Below, in pieces: positions 10,431 through 24,710 of a DNA stretch of 64,000 nucleotides. The stretch comes from Carcharhinus amblyrhynchos (lineage: Eukaryota): assembly GCA_965287045.1 (NCBI GenBank), contig OZ336874.1:17608001-17672000 (forward strand), in the 5' to 3' direction. The translations under genes were made by a program, and so were the position numbers. How positions within the stretch are numbered: position 1 is the stretch's first letter; each line of letters begins with the position of its first letter. Below the pieces are notes generated by a model. The model ran no database searches. It saw only the letters and a list, made by a program, of their open reading frames with translations, and had not been told where the DNA came from.

Positions 10431-12990
10431 CATCATGCACAAATCTTGTGGGGAGGTGAAAAGTTGAGGAGGATAAAAGTATTAAAGAGAAACAAAAAAG
10501 CTTGTTGCGGGACATCCTGAGTTAGCTTTAAAACTGTAACTCTGAACAATTTCCCATAGCAAATAATGCCATTGAGAACTGATTTTCAAGCTGCATAATA
10601 TGGATGGCATTTCAGGTAAACAATTCCTGGTTATGTTGCATGACTCCTCTTTTCTGTCCCTCAATTCATTTTTTTTTTCATATATTCTCACTTCACATGC
10701 TCACAGAGTCCTTACGTTCAGTGTTTCACAATCAACAGCGACAGGAGGTGAGATACAGGGAACAGTCCGTAAATCAGCACTTTGTGTAAAGCAGCTCAGT
10801 CAACGCATTGCAATCGTACAGTTCCTGCCTCCAGAAACTTCAGAATGATACTGTGACCTCAGTAACGTGATATAGGTAAGATAGCCGCCAACGTAAGGAA
10901 TACATGGACACAATTAAACAATAATTTGAAAAATCCTGTGCCATTGCCACGTCTTTAAGATAGCTTCACGTCAGCAAGTGATATTTAAATTTATTCACCT
11001 TTCAGAATTATGCTTTTGAGCTACTGGCTCAACTTTCCAGAATTATAAACAAAAACTCAACTGAAAACTCAGCTTACACCACCATTTCCCCCAGCCTTCA
11101 GATTGGATGTTAACTGCTTACAGGATGTTAGCCTGGACAAGGGAAAATCATTAAACATTATACATTACTATTAATATATACAACAGCACCCTTCAAATGT
11201 GGTATGTTAGCAGGTCATAGACTACACTGAATCCTATTAGTCTTTCTAATTACAATAATTATATTGGTCACTAATGCACCCCGGGGTACTTCAACTGAGG
11301 CTGCAAGTACATTTCATAAATGTTGATTCAGTTCCACTACGTGCACACTTAAAATTTCGAAGGACAAGAAAAAGTGCAAGAATAAAAGCAATTCACACAG
11401 TTAAAGCTTTACAGGTAAACTCTGTAGTTAAACAGTGCCAATGGTGAAAGCATTTAGGGGAATTTACTGAACTAAGTATGCGATACACTAAAATTAATAA
11501 TATAAACAGAAAACCGGATCCTACCTCACAGTTCCCTTTTCCAATAGGCATTTTGTTGAGATGTGCCTGTTTAATGCAATCTGCGCAGCATGCAGTGTGT
11601 GTCCGGCTACATATCTCAATAGTAATGATTTAATCTCAAGAGGATCACATCACTGAAATCACAGATGGTTCTCTTAGTGTAAAAGCTGTAGACATCAATA
11701 GGCAATCATTTAGATTACAGGATGCAAGGACAAAAAAAAGCATGATGTCTACAAATTCTCTCATCAGTGTCTCAAACTCAAATTGCAGCACCAACACAAA
11801 ACAGATTCTGTTTTTTTTTAACCAACTTCATCTGAATGTTACAACACAGCATGGTCACTGTGCTGATTGTGTGGCGAGGTACAATGGCTACTTGATAAAA
11901 ATACAATGAAGTCTATGTTTTCTGCAGGTTCAGAGAATAGTGGAATGAATAGCAGAAATGAACTTGCTCAGTTCTAACTAGCAGAACTCTAACTTCAGCC
12001 CTCATTATGGAACAATCCAATAAGTCACATACCATATACAGCTACCACTGATACAATCATAACATAAATAATAACTTTGTCTTTTGTTTCATTACTATTT
12101 GAAGTCAGCAGGGAAGGCGGTACCATTTTAAGGATAGAAAGGTGATAAGTGCCTTCATGACATGGCTTCAAGTGTCCTTTGTCTCTTACAACATATGTTT
12201 TGGTAACCGAGTCTTCTCACTTAACCCTTTAGCCCATTTAGTTAGCTTGGCCGCTTGCAGGCATTTCAAGAATTCCTAACCTGTGAAGGTATCTTGAGAA
12301 GCCATTTCAGTTTATTTCAACACAGAAATCCCCAATGCAGAGGGTATAGGAATGGGACTAGGAGTATTCAGGGCAGCAAAGTATTGAACAATACGTTGCT
12401 TCATGGCATTTGTTAGACAATAAAATGCAGGAATTTAAAACATCTTCATGGATTTAAGGATCGAGGTCATACATATCCATTTACAGACGCTTGATGATTT
12501 GTTCAGTGGAATAATATGTTGGTCATTTTGTTAGCATTCTAGTTGATGCTTAATTGGGCCATCAACAAAATTCTGATACCTCAACTGAATGGATTTTGCC
12601 AATTCCTGGTTTTGGTTGGAGAAGTGGATACGAGTATTAGGACAACATATTTGTAACTTGAGATGCATGCCGTATGAATCACATAAAAGCTCTATGCTGA
12701 TTCAGGGCAGACCATGGCATCACTGTAAATCATTATTGAGTCTTTTCTGCTCATCATTACTGGTTGATTTGATTGCGGTCTCGCCTTGTGACTATTCACA
12801 CCATCAGGAGCAAGCGCACAAGTTGACTGTCTTCATTGACAAAGGATAACATCTGAATATAAGAATCATGCGAACCCACAGAGTGACAGTCCCAGCCTAC
12901 AAAGAGCAGATGCTGCGATGCAGTTTGAGTGACAAAAACACCACTTCGTTTGAAATCTTTTCGGGAAGATATCATTTGTTCTTCAAAAAA

Positions 12991-13004
12991 GTTACCATGA
13001 CAAC
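12991..13004. promoter_or_regulatory. RFX X-box-like motif
   Basis: GTTACCATGACAAC, one mismatch from GTTRCCATGGYAAC, in a repeat-poor CpG-retaining block. Confidence 0.35.
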
Positions 13005-13344
13005 TAAATGGCAGATCTTCAACAAGATAACATTTATGTCGTGTCTAGTCTAAAGATTAATGAATATCTCAACTCTGGTTTCCAACTGAGACACAGAGGA
13101 GGAAACTCGTCCACAATCAGGGGTTACTTTTGTACCAGCACAGCTGTGTCATTCAAAAGGAAGACAAAATAGGTGGCATGTGAACCACAATTATTAAAAT
13201 GCATTAATTATAATGAGGATAACTTCAAAATAATAAGAAATTATTTTCTTTAGCCATCATTCCGCATTGCAACAGAAGTTAGTCTCCAAATATATTTTTC
13301 CATTGCAAGAAAGGTAAGCTAGTTATGGCTGCAAATAGATTAAG

Positions 13345-13690
13345 AACTCTATTCAAGAATGACCATCACATCCCAAGTCCAAGGAACACTGCACATTAAA
13401 ATACCAAGACACTTCACAGGAGTACTGTCAAAGAAAATCTAATACCAAGCCATTTAGAGGAGATATTAGGGCAGAACACCAAAAGCTTTGATAAAGAGAT
13501 TAATAGTAAGGAAAAAGTGAGAGAGGTACAGAAGCGAAGGCATTTAAGAGGGAAGCCAGAACTCTAGGCAGCTGAATTCACTGTCACCGACAATGGGGCA
13601 AAAGGAGATGGGATGCCTAAGAAGCTAAAACTGGAGAATTGCAGAAATCTCAAATGGTTGTAAAGCTGGAAAAGTTTTAAGAGTGCTGTA
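13345..13690 (-). mobile_element. L2-type LINE 3' fragment
   Basis: cacttcacaggag...ggagatattagggcagaacaccaaaagctttgataaagag parallels 23545-23700. Confidence 0.6.
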
Positions 13691-14258
13691 GAAGTAAACT
13701 GCACCATTACTTGCATCACCAGGACATCATTCTGCTTATTAAAAGTGCATGTTCCAAGTCCTAACACAAAACACAGATGTAGAACTCCTAAATGCCCATC
13801 TATAATTGCTTTACAGAGCGCTTGCCTGCAAAAATCACTCTTTCAATTATAGAGGCAAATATAAACAACTGGCTTCCATAAAGGTGCTGTTATGAATATG
13901 GAAGAAATAACCATGTACATCCTAAAGTTCAGGATCTAGATGTATAGTACAGTGAAGTCCTGTCTTCTGTGGCTTCCTCTATCGTGAATTTGCTTACCCA
14001 CGCAAAATTCTCTGTACTCCAATTCACCAATTGTGGGCTCATATGTTCCCTTATCTGTGGTTTTAAGAATAAAAAATAGAACCATCTAAATTGAATTAAA
14101 TAAAGGAAGGTGTGCATGTGTATTTCTTACAGTAGAAAGTCTGCAGTATGCACCATACATGCATTGTCGGTCGTTGTTTGTAGGTGGATGTGCCTTGTTG
14201 CTGCAATTTAATTCCTGATCACAGTCCACCTCCACCTCAAATAAAGTACTGCACCATT

Positions 14259-14575
14259 GAATCATAGGATAGAATTATAGAATCCCTACAGTTCAAGGAG
14301 GGCAGTCAGCCTATCAGGGCTGCAACGGCTCTCCAAAAGAATACCCCTTCCAGGCACTATCCCCACATATTTACCCCCTCAGCTACACATTTTTAGACAC
14401 TAAAGGACAATTTAGCATGGCCTATCCACCTGACCTGCACATCTCTGCGCTGTGGGAGGAAACCAGAGCACCCAGATGAAATCCATTCAGACACAGGGAG
14501 AACATGCAAACTCCACACACCTAAGGCCGGAATTGAACCCGGGTCCCCGGCACTGTGAGGCAGCAGTGCTAACCA
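14259..14575 (-). mobile_element. HE1-type SINE
   Basis: gaatccctacag...caatttagcatggcc...gaattgaacccgggtcccc...gaggcagcagtgctaacca. Confidence 0.9.
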
Positions 14576-16220
14576 AAATTCTTACTGTAAATATGGCAAC
14601 TTCTACACTTTTCCCATCTTCTTGTTTTATTAAACAATTCCACCAGTAAATTTCTCTTTAAATTGATTATAAACATATTTTTACTGTCTTTGATTCTATC
14701 GACACGTAACATTTTAAGATGACTGGAACCTATCTAATTGACTCCCTTTGTGAAGAATTTCTGCTGTCGCAATTTCACTGTTTATGAGGTTTCATGCTCC
14801 CCCACTGCCCCCACATAAACGATGGTACATTACCATACCTGAAACGTGACAATGTAAACTAAGAATCAATATCACAGCACATTACATCCTCTCTCCTGCA
14901 TTATTCTGCATTATTTCCACCTGCCCATTGTGATGGAGAAAAAACATCAAAATAAAATCTAATCTTTACGTCAACTTTATATTCTTCTTAATATCACAAG
15001 TAATTTTGAAAGCAGCACATCAGGGAGATCAGACTGTTTTAATCTCAGGGACTGCTAACAATAATGAACTGCTGAAATTTCATTCTTGTGGTTTTTTTTG
15101 ATACCATCAGAAATCCTTGATGGAATCTGGAGCTCATAACTGCCTCCAGGTATCCATTCTTCCACACGGCTTACAAGTTTAAGTTTCATAAATCTTTGCC
15201 TATCTTATTGCAGCAGTCAACATGCTGTGTCATGTAACAGATAGAGCATCAAAAACATACAAAGAGACCTTTTTTTTTCTGTTGTTCAATTAGGCCACAG
15301 GGGATCAGACAAAGATATTTTAGCCTTTAAGGCAGGAAGCTATCAGTATGAGGATGCAAAGCTGTCATTCATTTGGAAGTCAATATAAAACCTCTATTTT
15401 TGAAGAAACATGTATAAGTCTAGAGGAGGAATCTGCATGCAAAATAAGTAGGTTGTTGCTTATGATTTTGATGGATTCTGCATTTATTGCAGAGAGTTGT
15501 TTCAGTGCTAGGAGGGAAATGAAACATTCACTGCTTTTTAAAAGACTCCAAGGATGTGAGATTAAGTAGATCTCCCCTTCGCCCTGTTTCAATAAAGTGC
15601 CTTAAATTCAACACCAGAATGAGTCCCTACATTTGTGTGATGTTTTCCATTCCAAACAGCCATCCTCACCGTTTCCTGGAGCAAGATTGCCCAATTAACG
15701 TAATGTAGTGCCAAATTAAACATTGCACTGCACAGTGGAAAAGCAAGGATCAATGTTTTTCATGTTCACTTCACTTAGTCCTGGGAATCCAACCTGCAAC
15801 CTTAGGCCCTCAAAACCTGGGAACCTCACAGGTAATTCAATCCTGTTCCTGCCGATATTATTTTACCTACTTTGTGATTTTTGAGGTATGGAAAGGAATG
15901 TTGCCTCTTGATGGATCAGATCAGAAACACCTATGCCACTTCATATTAGCAACATCAGATAAATGGAAAGGTGAAATGTTATGTCAAAACATTAAATTAA
16001 ACGTTGTACAAGACCCAAGTTATCCATCGTACACATGAATGCAGTTCGCAAAAACAAAAGCTTGGGACATCCTGGATTTAGGCACTTGGAGATTCAGGGG
16101 ATAAACAAAACCATCACCCTATCTGCACGAGATTCCCCATTGTTTCAAAAGATTTCTGAAATGAAAGGCGAATGTTATTAAAACTTCCCACAAGCAGGTT
16201 AATTCAGACACATCGGCACT

Positions 16221-16361
16221 GATAAGAGAGGGATTAAGGGTTATGGGGAGAGGGCGGGAAAGTGGAACTGAGCCACAACAGATCAGCCATGATCTTATTG
16301 AATGGCGGGGCAGGCTCGAAGGGCTAGATGGCCTACTGCTCCTATTTCTTATGTTCTTATG
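16221..16361 (+). mobile_element. Very short young CR1 3' end
   Basis: Nearly identical to 5231-5375 (one substitution, 1-bp and 3-bp deletions); ends ttcttatgttcttatg. Confidence 0.95.
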
Positions 16362-17533
16362 AAAACTTTTGGCTGGAATAGGGAAGGCAAAACTGGAACC
16401 CATAACGAGTTCACAGGAAAAAGTCTGGTGCGTGGCCAGGTAGCCATTTAATCACCAAGCTTTCAAACAAACCATAAATACAGGGAAACTGGTGAATCTA
16501 AGTACACAGGCAATGTTGCTTTTAGCATTCATTGACCCCAATTTTCCTGACCAGGATTTCAATGCCCCTCTTGGTGGAATGCTCACAAAAAATGAATTTA
16601 CTAGGACCTGAGGCTTACTGATTAACCAAACTCAGGACCAAGATTCTAAACATGAATTACGGTGAAAAATAACATTTGCGCTTTAGTGCAAGTACATGGT
16701 AGGGTGTGAAGGAATATAATGACAGCAAGCAAAGTACTTAGAAATGGAACTTCAAATGCTGCGTTCTTAATCATGCACTGTATTCAGATTCTTTACCTCA
16801 ATGCAAGTTATGAAAATATTATTGAAATTACTTAGTTACTTACCCTTATATTGACACAAATATGATTATGTAAAGATGACACGATGAGTTTGGGTGAGGG
16901 GATTATATCATTTATATTGTCATTATACTCCAGTGCAGGACAACTAATGGAGCACTGCATAAGCCTGGCTGAACTGAGCCTGGCACTAATATTTACTCAT
17001 GTAATTTTAGCAGAAAAATACAATATAAACAACTTCATCTATATCATACTATCAAGGACAAGTAATACAATTAGCCTTTGGCAACCTCAGAATAAATCTC
17101 AGAACCTTGGCCTATACTACTACTAGTAGTTGCAGAAATTAGTCAGCTTACAAAAATCAGCAGGTAGGTGCTAAATTCATCCAACTTCTTCTGATATATG
17201 GAGCAGCTAACATGATGAGCTTAATGTCTTCACACAGGGAACATCAGTTTTCCACATCATTACATTCAAAAACCAATAGTCGATTGACAAAGTGAAATAG
17301 TGGACTTGTAAATTTTAACTTCTGCTTCATTTATGGATAATAATGCTGGAAGCAGCGGAGCACAGCTGGGTCTAGAATTGCTCAGAGATCATCTTTACTT
17401 GCAGTAAGCAATGGGGGCGGGGGGGTGGATTAATGGGGGAGGGGCAGTCTGCTTCGAGCCACACCCCTATGCTTTTTTCTGACCTCCCTACTGCCCCTTC
17501 TCCCTCGCCCCCAACCATCCTCCGTCCCACCCC

Positions 17534-17614
17534 TTTTGCTACCAAAAGTGGCTTTTGCTACCAAATAAACCTGTTGGTCTTTAACGTGGTGTTGTGAGAC
17601 TTCTTACTGTGTTC
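17534..17614 (+). mobile_element. Penelope-like terminal fragment (family A)
   Basis: gctaccaaataaacctgttggtctttaacgtggtgttgtgagacttcttactgtg matches 36161-36220 and 25455-25515; ttttgctaccaaa duplicated at the 5' junction. Confidence 0.75.
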
Positions 17615-20357
17615 CTCCATCTTGCCTTTATGAACTCATAGGTTGGAGTCCCTCGTTGACCCCAGGCCTCTGGTGGGTGCACTGTTGACAGCTGCCACAA
17701 CAGTACAATGGTGCTGACTGGCAACAGAGAGCTGCCAGTTTCTGATTGGTACATAAAGATGGGGAGGGGTGGATAGAATTCTTCCCAGCTGGGTCTTTAA
17801 TCCAGGGAATGCCTGACATTGGCCAGTTAGGTGTCTGATGGATATTTAGTACCAACAGGCCATCTCCAATTGAGGGCTGGGAGAGTCCCACTGCAAATAT
17901 TAAATTCCACTCATTGTACCTTTTAATGAAGCAATCTATGGTTTTATTGTGAAGAAGATCAAGGCAGACTTGACTTTCAAAAAGGGAGCATTGAAGTCCT
18001 TATAAAATACTGGCAAGGGTCCCTGAATAGAAATAAGCTACGATGATCTACCACACATCTTTCCCAACCTGCTGAAACTTGTCTGCTGCTACTGTTTTAT
18101 TGGCACGTTCTTGCTGTTCCTGCCAACCTTTCAACTGAGATTTCCACTGATACCAACATTGTACGACAACTTCCAAATCCTCAGATGGTATCCTGTCTGA
18201 AGCCTACAGAAGAAACCAAGTTTGAGAACCTTCCTTTAGCACCCCGAAAATTTGGGACGTCACATTTCAAATGTGAGCATCTGTAATCTTTACTGCAATG
18301 TGAAGCAAAATAACAATGGAGGTTACCTATTTAAGTGTATTGTACTTAGATAATGAATGTGCTCCTTTTTGGTGCTGCATTCGGGCAACAAAGTCATACT
18401 TGAGACAGAGAGCAACTGAAAGGCTCAACAGAAATGCACAATTGAAGCATTAGAGCAATTACATTACAGGAGATTACTTGTTACAGTGCACAACTTTCCA
18501 GTCAGTGCCTTTGCACAGTACATGTTGTGTGACTAACAAGGTTAGTAATCTATGGACCATGCTCGGATGATTGCCACATGTGTGGCAATTCTGCTGAATG
18601 CATATTTGTCCATCACAGTAACATGCACTTGATATGAAATTCAAGCTCCCTGTAACTAAGTAGAGTGTGAATGCGGAGGCTATGATTGACTGCGGGAGGC
18701 ATCGTCTGTGTGTGGGTTTTGGTGGGAAATCGTAGTGAGAAAGCACTCACCTCCCTTGGAAAGCAAGCTGTTTCACAGAGTGTGGCCTGCTGTGTGGCAT
18801 GGGTTTTTTTTTCCCTTCTTGTGTTTAATGAGCTGAGTGAATCTTTTAATATTTACTTTAAGGGCACTTTTAAATGATAAAACAGATTTAAGAGAATTTA
18901 AAAAGGCAAAAAGAACCAACTTCCTCAATTATTTATTCATGGCACAGCTCTGAGCTGTTTGTAGCATGAATGAAACAGACGCTGTCACATCTAACTTACA
19001 TTCTCAATTGTTAAAAATAAAACTCGGCCTTGCCAAACTTCAGTTTTTATCTCTACCAATTATTAATGAAGTTAGTCAACATTGCAACGTTCAGTAATGA
19101 TTGACTTGAGTGAAAACAGTCATTGCCAAACAACAGTTTGATCTGATTTGAGCAACTGTCCATTTTGTTTGTGGTTAACTTGAGAATATTACTTTGCCGG
19201 GCTGCTGTCCCTAGTTGCTCTGATGTTCATCTTCCATGCTTGCTGAAAGTTGCTATTATTGAACTTGTACAACTGACACCAAGAAGTATAGCTAAATGTT
19301 AAATATGAACAAAAACAATTGAAAATCTCTGTAGCTCGAAAAGCACAAATTCTGCCTCAAAGGCAGCTTGTTCAAATCAAAATCTAAATTTGTGCTGAAG
19401 AACGGATTAATATCTAGTAGGATTCACCAGAAAACACTTCCTATATTGAAGTTAGGTGCTTTAAGGCATTTTTATGCAAACCGTAAATGCTTATTAATTT
19501 GTGATTAATGTGTCACAGATAATGTGTCACAGATGTTATGCTTTAAACATCAGTAAAACTGCATCGTCTTGTTAACCGCTGTTCAACCCACAGGCGTTCC
19601 TCCTACAGTTCCAGTTCTTGATTTATAAATCTCTCCTTTGAAACATGTTCTGTATTTTATGTTTCTCTTCAAATTATGGACTTTATTCCCTAACCATAAT
19701 CCATTCCACACTAATTCTAGTAATGTAATAAGTCATCTTCAATAGAAAGGGTCATTTAGTCTTAAAACAATTGCAAACTTCCTAGTTATTGAACACGTGG
19801 GACAGGGAACCACTTTTCCAATACACTAAATAACATGGGAGGGGTCATAATTTTCACCTTTATTGCTTGGGTATCTGTCAGAACAATGTTCGTTGTACCT
19901 TATTTGTATGTTAATACATTGTATGCAGATGGCAGGGACTAACTGGGGATTTACCCATGTCCCTCCAAATGAAACTGTGGCTGTTACAAGTATGTACCTC
20001 CAAATGCAACATGCAACTCTGCAATTAAATGTTTATAAGTGTGTGTAAAATTATCTCTGGTTCTCTCCTTCATCAACGGGCTCTCTGAAATGTAAAATAA
20101 TTTCTCCACCCATTCTGGAACCCATCTTTTTCCATCCATAGTGTCTCAGAAAAATTTATCCATGGTTGTTCATGCAGACCAGTCCCATGTATTCATTAAG
20201 CAATATGCTTGCTGTAAAAGCCTTAGAAAATAATAGTCTGAACAGGGCAGAAGAGTGAAGAAAGGAGCAAAGGTACTCACATGTATAAAGCACTGAAAGT
20301 AACAATACAGATTATTAAATCATCAAAGCAGCAAACAAAACACTTGGGGCACACTCG

Positions 20358-20679
20358 TAGAATCCCTCGTGCAGAAGAGGCCATTCGGCCCATTGAGCCT
20401 GCATCGACAATAATCCCACACAGGCCCTACCTCCATAACCCCCCATACTTATCCTGCTAATTCCCCTAATCTAAACTAAGGGCAATTTAACATGGCCAAT
20501 CCACCTAATCTGCACATTTTTGCACTGTGGAAGGAAACCGCAGCACCCGGAGGAAACCTGCGCAGACACAGGGAGAATGTGCAAATTCCACACAGACAGC
20601 CACCAAGACCAGAATTGAACCCTGGTCCCTAGTGCTGAGAGGCAGCGGTGCTGATTAGTGCCATGCCAGTGGGCTGCCC
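20358..20679 (-). mobile_element. HE1-type SINE
   Basis: gcagaagaggccattcggccc...caatttaacatggccaatcc...gaattgaaccctggtccct. Confidence 0.9.
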
Positions 20680-20689
20680 AATTCCTGCA

Positions 20690-21290
20690 TAAAATTGTAA
20701 AATAGAGAAGTGATATGATATGTAGACTCACACTACAACTAGAGTAACATGAATAGTTCTGACCTCCATATTATAAAATGATAGAAATGCACTGGAAAAG
20801 GTGCAACATTTTCTAACATAAGGGAAAAAAAAATTAACAGGCAAAGACTGTTTTCTTCAAAAAAAGGCGGGGAGGGTAATGAATGAACTGATGGAGGTAC
20901 GAAATTTTTGACAGAGCTGGATAGGGTATGTAAGATGTTGAAAGAGCTGGATAAGAGAAAATAGTTCCACTTGTGTGGAGACCAGAATTTAGGGCCACAT
21001 GTGTAAGATTATAATTTTACAATATAATAATTATAGCTAATAATCCAATAGGGCCTTTAGCGAGAGCTTTTTTTACTTGGCAAGTCGTTAGAATGTGCAA
21101 TTCTCTACCACAGAGAGTAGCTGAAAAATATATTTATGGGGAAGCTAGATAAATACATGAAGGAGAAAAGAGAAACAGTTATCCTGACGGGTTTAGATAC
21201 AGAGGGGTAGGTGAAAACTTATCTGCAGCATGAATACTGGAATGAGCCAGCTGAACCAAATAGCCTGTTTCTGTGATGTACATTCCATAT
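20690..21290 (+). mobile_element. Old CR1 3' fragment
   Basis: cactacaactagagta...gcactggaaaaggtgca...agaatgtgcaattctctacc...ccaaatagcctgtttctgtg. Confidence 0.7.
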
Positions 21291-21361
21291 ACTATGGTTT
21301 TCAAAATAGATTGCGTTTTGTTTACACTTTTTTAAAATTTGCAGTGATGCAAAAATCTCCA

Positions 21362-22204
21362 TGGCCAGAATTTTACATCCCCCTCATCACCCATCCTCCC
21401 CCTACCCCACATCCAATGAATTCTGAGCGGTTGGGGGAATGTAAAATTGCATGGAGTGAATACCGTGTGGGATCCTCCCCATCCCGTCTTGATAATGATT
21501 TTATACTGGGGTAGGCAAGGCCTCGGAGGGGAAGGCCACCTGTGCCAAAGTTAAGGCCATTCAGAGACTCACTTGCTGGATTTCTACCGCCCGCCTGCCA
21601 TGGAATCAGAGCATGTAAGGGGCAGACAATGGAAACGTTTGTTGACCTCAGGTGGGGATTTCTGGTCTCGCTCGAGCAAGGCTGTAAAATCCCACTCCAT
21701 GTTTTGACTGGTGGCCAGATGGCTGGGGTTGGGGAGGGGGGCTGGAAGGGGTGGGGGGGCGGGTGCGACATACATGAACACAGTTGGATCTTGGAGTGGA
21801 AAGTGCAGGGATGGGGTGGTGGCACCTCCTCCTGACGCCCCCCCTAAGATCTCAGGGCCTCCAGACCCCTCCTCTCAGCCTAAGACCTCAAATCGCCCCC
21901 TCATGACATCCCAGGGGTTTCCTCCCCTACCCATCCTGAGACCTCAACCATTTATCTGGCCTGCAGTTCCTGGGACTGAATGCCAGGCTGATCCCTACAA
22001 TACCTCTTCCCGCCACTGCAGTGCTGTGCCTGGAAGGACTGGAGAGCTGTCGGCCAATCTGATTTGCTGGCAGCTTTCCAAGTGGGTCTTCCTCCAGAGT
22101 CAAATCTTGTCTTGTATCAGTCAATGCTCATTAGAGCTTAATATGCATTGGAGTAGCATTGCCACCGACTCTGCACAATGTGGATCATCCAAAAATTCAG
22201 GCCC
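21362..22204. mobile_element. MITE-like element carrying a nested ~125-bp MITE (~21575-21697)
   Basis: Ends ggccagaatttt / aaaaattcaggccc; nested piece is the reverse complement of the family at 33360-33488 and 46618-46743. Confidence 0.55.
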
Positions 22205-23544
22205 ATGACTGATTGGAACAACCTTCGATATGCAACAAGTCACTACAGGGAAGAATTTATGAGTATTTTAATATTAATGTGGTCTATGGGTCTAGTAATA
22301 TGTTCTAGAGGAAGAAAGGGCTTCAGCTGTCTGCTTTCTCTTTTATACTCAAGAGAAATATTAAGAGGTTAAAAGATATGCACAAGGAAGGGAAAAGAGA
22401 AGGCTGTGAATTCATCACTGTCAATCAAGTTATCCACTTTAGGCTTCCCTGATAGTTGGACAAGTTGAGCCAATGAGTTGCTGATCTATGTAGATAGAAA
22501 ATTTCCAGATTCAATTTGTGATCAGCGTGACAATATTTCCAGGGATGGGTGCAGAGGCAGTACAAGTCATGTTTGCTCCTCAGTTAAGAAGGGGAATATT
22601 GGACTGTTTTCCAGCTTCTAATTGGATTGTGAAACTGCTAGTGCTAAGGATTGTGATCGTGATTTGCAAAGTCAGGCCAAATAAATACATTTCAATTTTT
22701 ACCTCCACAAATGAGAGACATGTTTCAACCCATTATTTCTGAACATCTTTAAAAAGCCGCACACGTCAAACTTTAATCAAATACTGAGAGATTTGGTAAA
22801 TTAGATCGCTAATTGGATTTTGTCGAGTAACTTAGCTATCACCTTAAAGAATTCCAATAGAATCACGAAGCATGAACTAATACCTCCCAACCCATTCTGA
22901 CAATTCAGAATGGCTTCTGTGCTCTTACATACATTCAGTACAACCTCTTCAAGCACAACTCTTACCTCGACTGGACGATCATTTCCTCTAAGTTTATGAA
23001 TGCCGGATTCCCCTTTATATTTCTTCAACCATCAATTACAATTTCCACGTTTCTGAATCGCTTAAAAATAATAACTATAACTTTGTTCACATTACTTTTG
23101 CATTTCTTTGCTAATTCTAACCACATAAATAAAGCTCCTACAACTCTACCTCAACAATGCACTTGAATCTCCACCGCAACAACATTCTTCAATCTCTACT
23201 TCAACAATGCACTTTAATCTTTATGTTTCCCATTGCCCCATCTAGGAACTACTTTGTTCCATCAATAGCTTCCTCAAAATTGAATGTGCTTATCAACTGT
23301 GCACATGTTTGGGGTGCACCAGTTCAATCCAGCCCTGAGGCCAGATGTCAAACGGATCAAAATCATCAGTCAAATGGCAGCTGCAATAATTGAGTGTAAA
23401 ATAATTTAAGGGAACATACAAAGTAGACAGTGGAATGTCAACGCCCTCATGTTTGTGCGATTGAGTAAAGCACAGGATTCCTGTATCTCAACTGCACAGG
23501 GCTTCAAGACTTTTGAAATGTTTATCTGGAACAAATTAATCCAG

Positions 23545-24200
23545 AAAAATTTACCAAGGTGCTTAACAGGGGTACCATCAAACAAAATTTCATATTGATC
23601 CATACAAGGCACTGTTCAGTCAGATGACCAAAAGCTTGGTCAAAGAACTATGTTCTAAGGAGCATACTGAGAAAGAGATAGATGGAAAAGTTTGAGGGAA
23701 TTCCAAAGCATAAAAATAGCTAAAAGCAGACACATGTTGTTGTGATTAAAATCAGCAATGCACAGGAGGCCAGATTGGAGCAGCGCAGACATCTAGGATG
23801 CAGACCTGGAGGTAGTTAGAGAAGTGTGAGGCTATGGGAGGATTTGAAAAGGAGGATGGAATTTTAAATTAAAGGCAATGCTTAACCCAGGAGCCAATGT
23901 ACATCAGCAAGTGCCGGGCTGATGGGTGGAGGCAACTTGGTATGGGTTTGGAATTAGGCAGCAGAGGATTAAATGAGTTCAAGTTTATAGACGGTGGAAG
24001 ATGGGAGGCCAGGCAGGAGTGAGCACACTTCAATAGTCAAAGCTCAAGATAGATCCAGCAGCAGGTGAGCTGAGGCCATGGTAGAGTCAGGTGATGTTAC
24101 AGAAATGAAAACATGTGATCTTTCATAACGACACAAATGTGTAGTTGGGAAAACGGTCAGGATCAGCAGCGCATCACTGAAGCTGGTGAACTTTCCATTT
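23545..24200 (-). mobile_element. L2-type LINE 3' fragment
   Basis: cagatgaccaaaagcttggtcaaaga...gatttgaaaaggaggatggaattttaaatt...gagttcaagtttatagacggtggaagatgggaggccag; reverse of the L2 text at 44560-44790. Confidence 0.7.
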
Positions 24201-24710
24201 TTCTGAAGATACGCCAGCATTCTGCCAAAATTGTAACCTTGCCCAGTGTTGAACAGCAGAAATTGAGTACTGCAATACAACATTCAGTATTTACAGCATC
24301 TCTCAGACCTGTTGGACTTCAAGCAGACATATCCCATAGTGGAATTCATACCACAGTACTGGAATTTTTGAATCCTCATCTCAGACAGCGGTAAAATGTT
24401 TCACATTCCTGTGTTGTTTAGCTGTGACACTGGATTAACACAGCTGTGACACTGGCTACATTGCTCGATAAAGACAGAGGTGGAACTCATCACAACACCT
24501 GAAAATAAAACCTTTATTTATTATTTATTCATTCAGTGTCCATCAACCGACACTGACATACATTCCAACAGTGAGCTAAAGGGTGGCAGAAACTCAAAAT
24601 GTTTCACTGTGTTTGTCAAACCTTAGACCCACAAGAACACTAACAACTTCACATCTGAGTAAGCATTTATGTACAGAAAGCTTGACTCGGACATCATGTC
24701 AATTACAAAT

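Noticed and set aside
19507-19534. 14-bp tandem duplication; similar one at 24420-24455
   Set aside because: Ordinary slippage duplications; two units only, not a CRISPR-like array
22960-23060. Strong minus-strand donor (GAG|GTAAGA) with upstream AG
   Set aside because: Stops in all three frames from the best acceptor; a non-coding exon cannot be supported without transcripts
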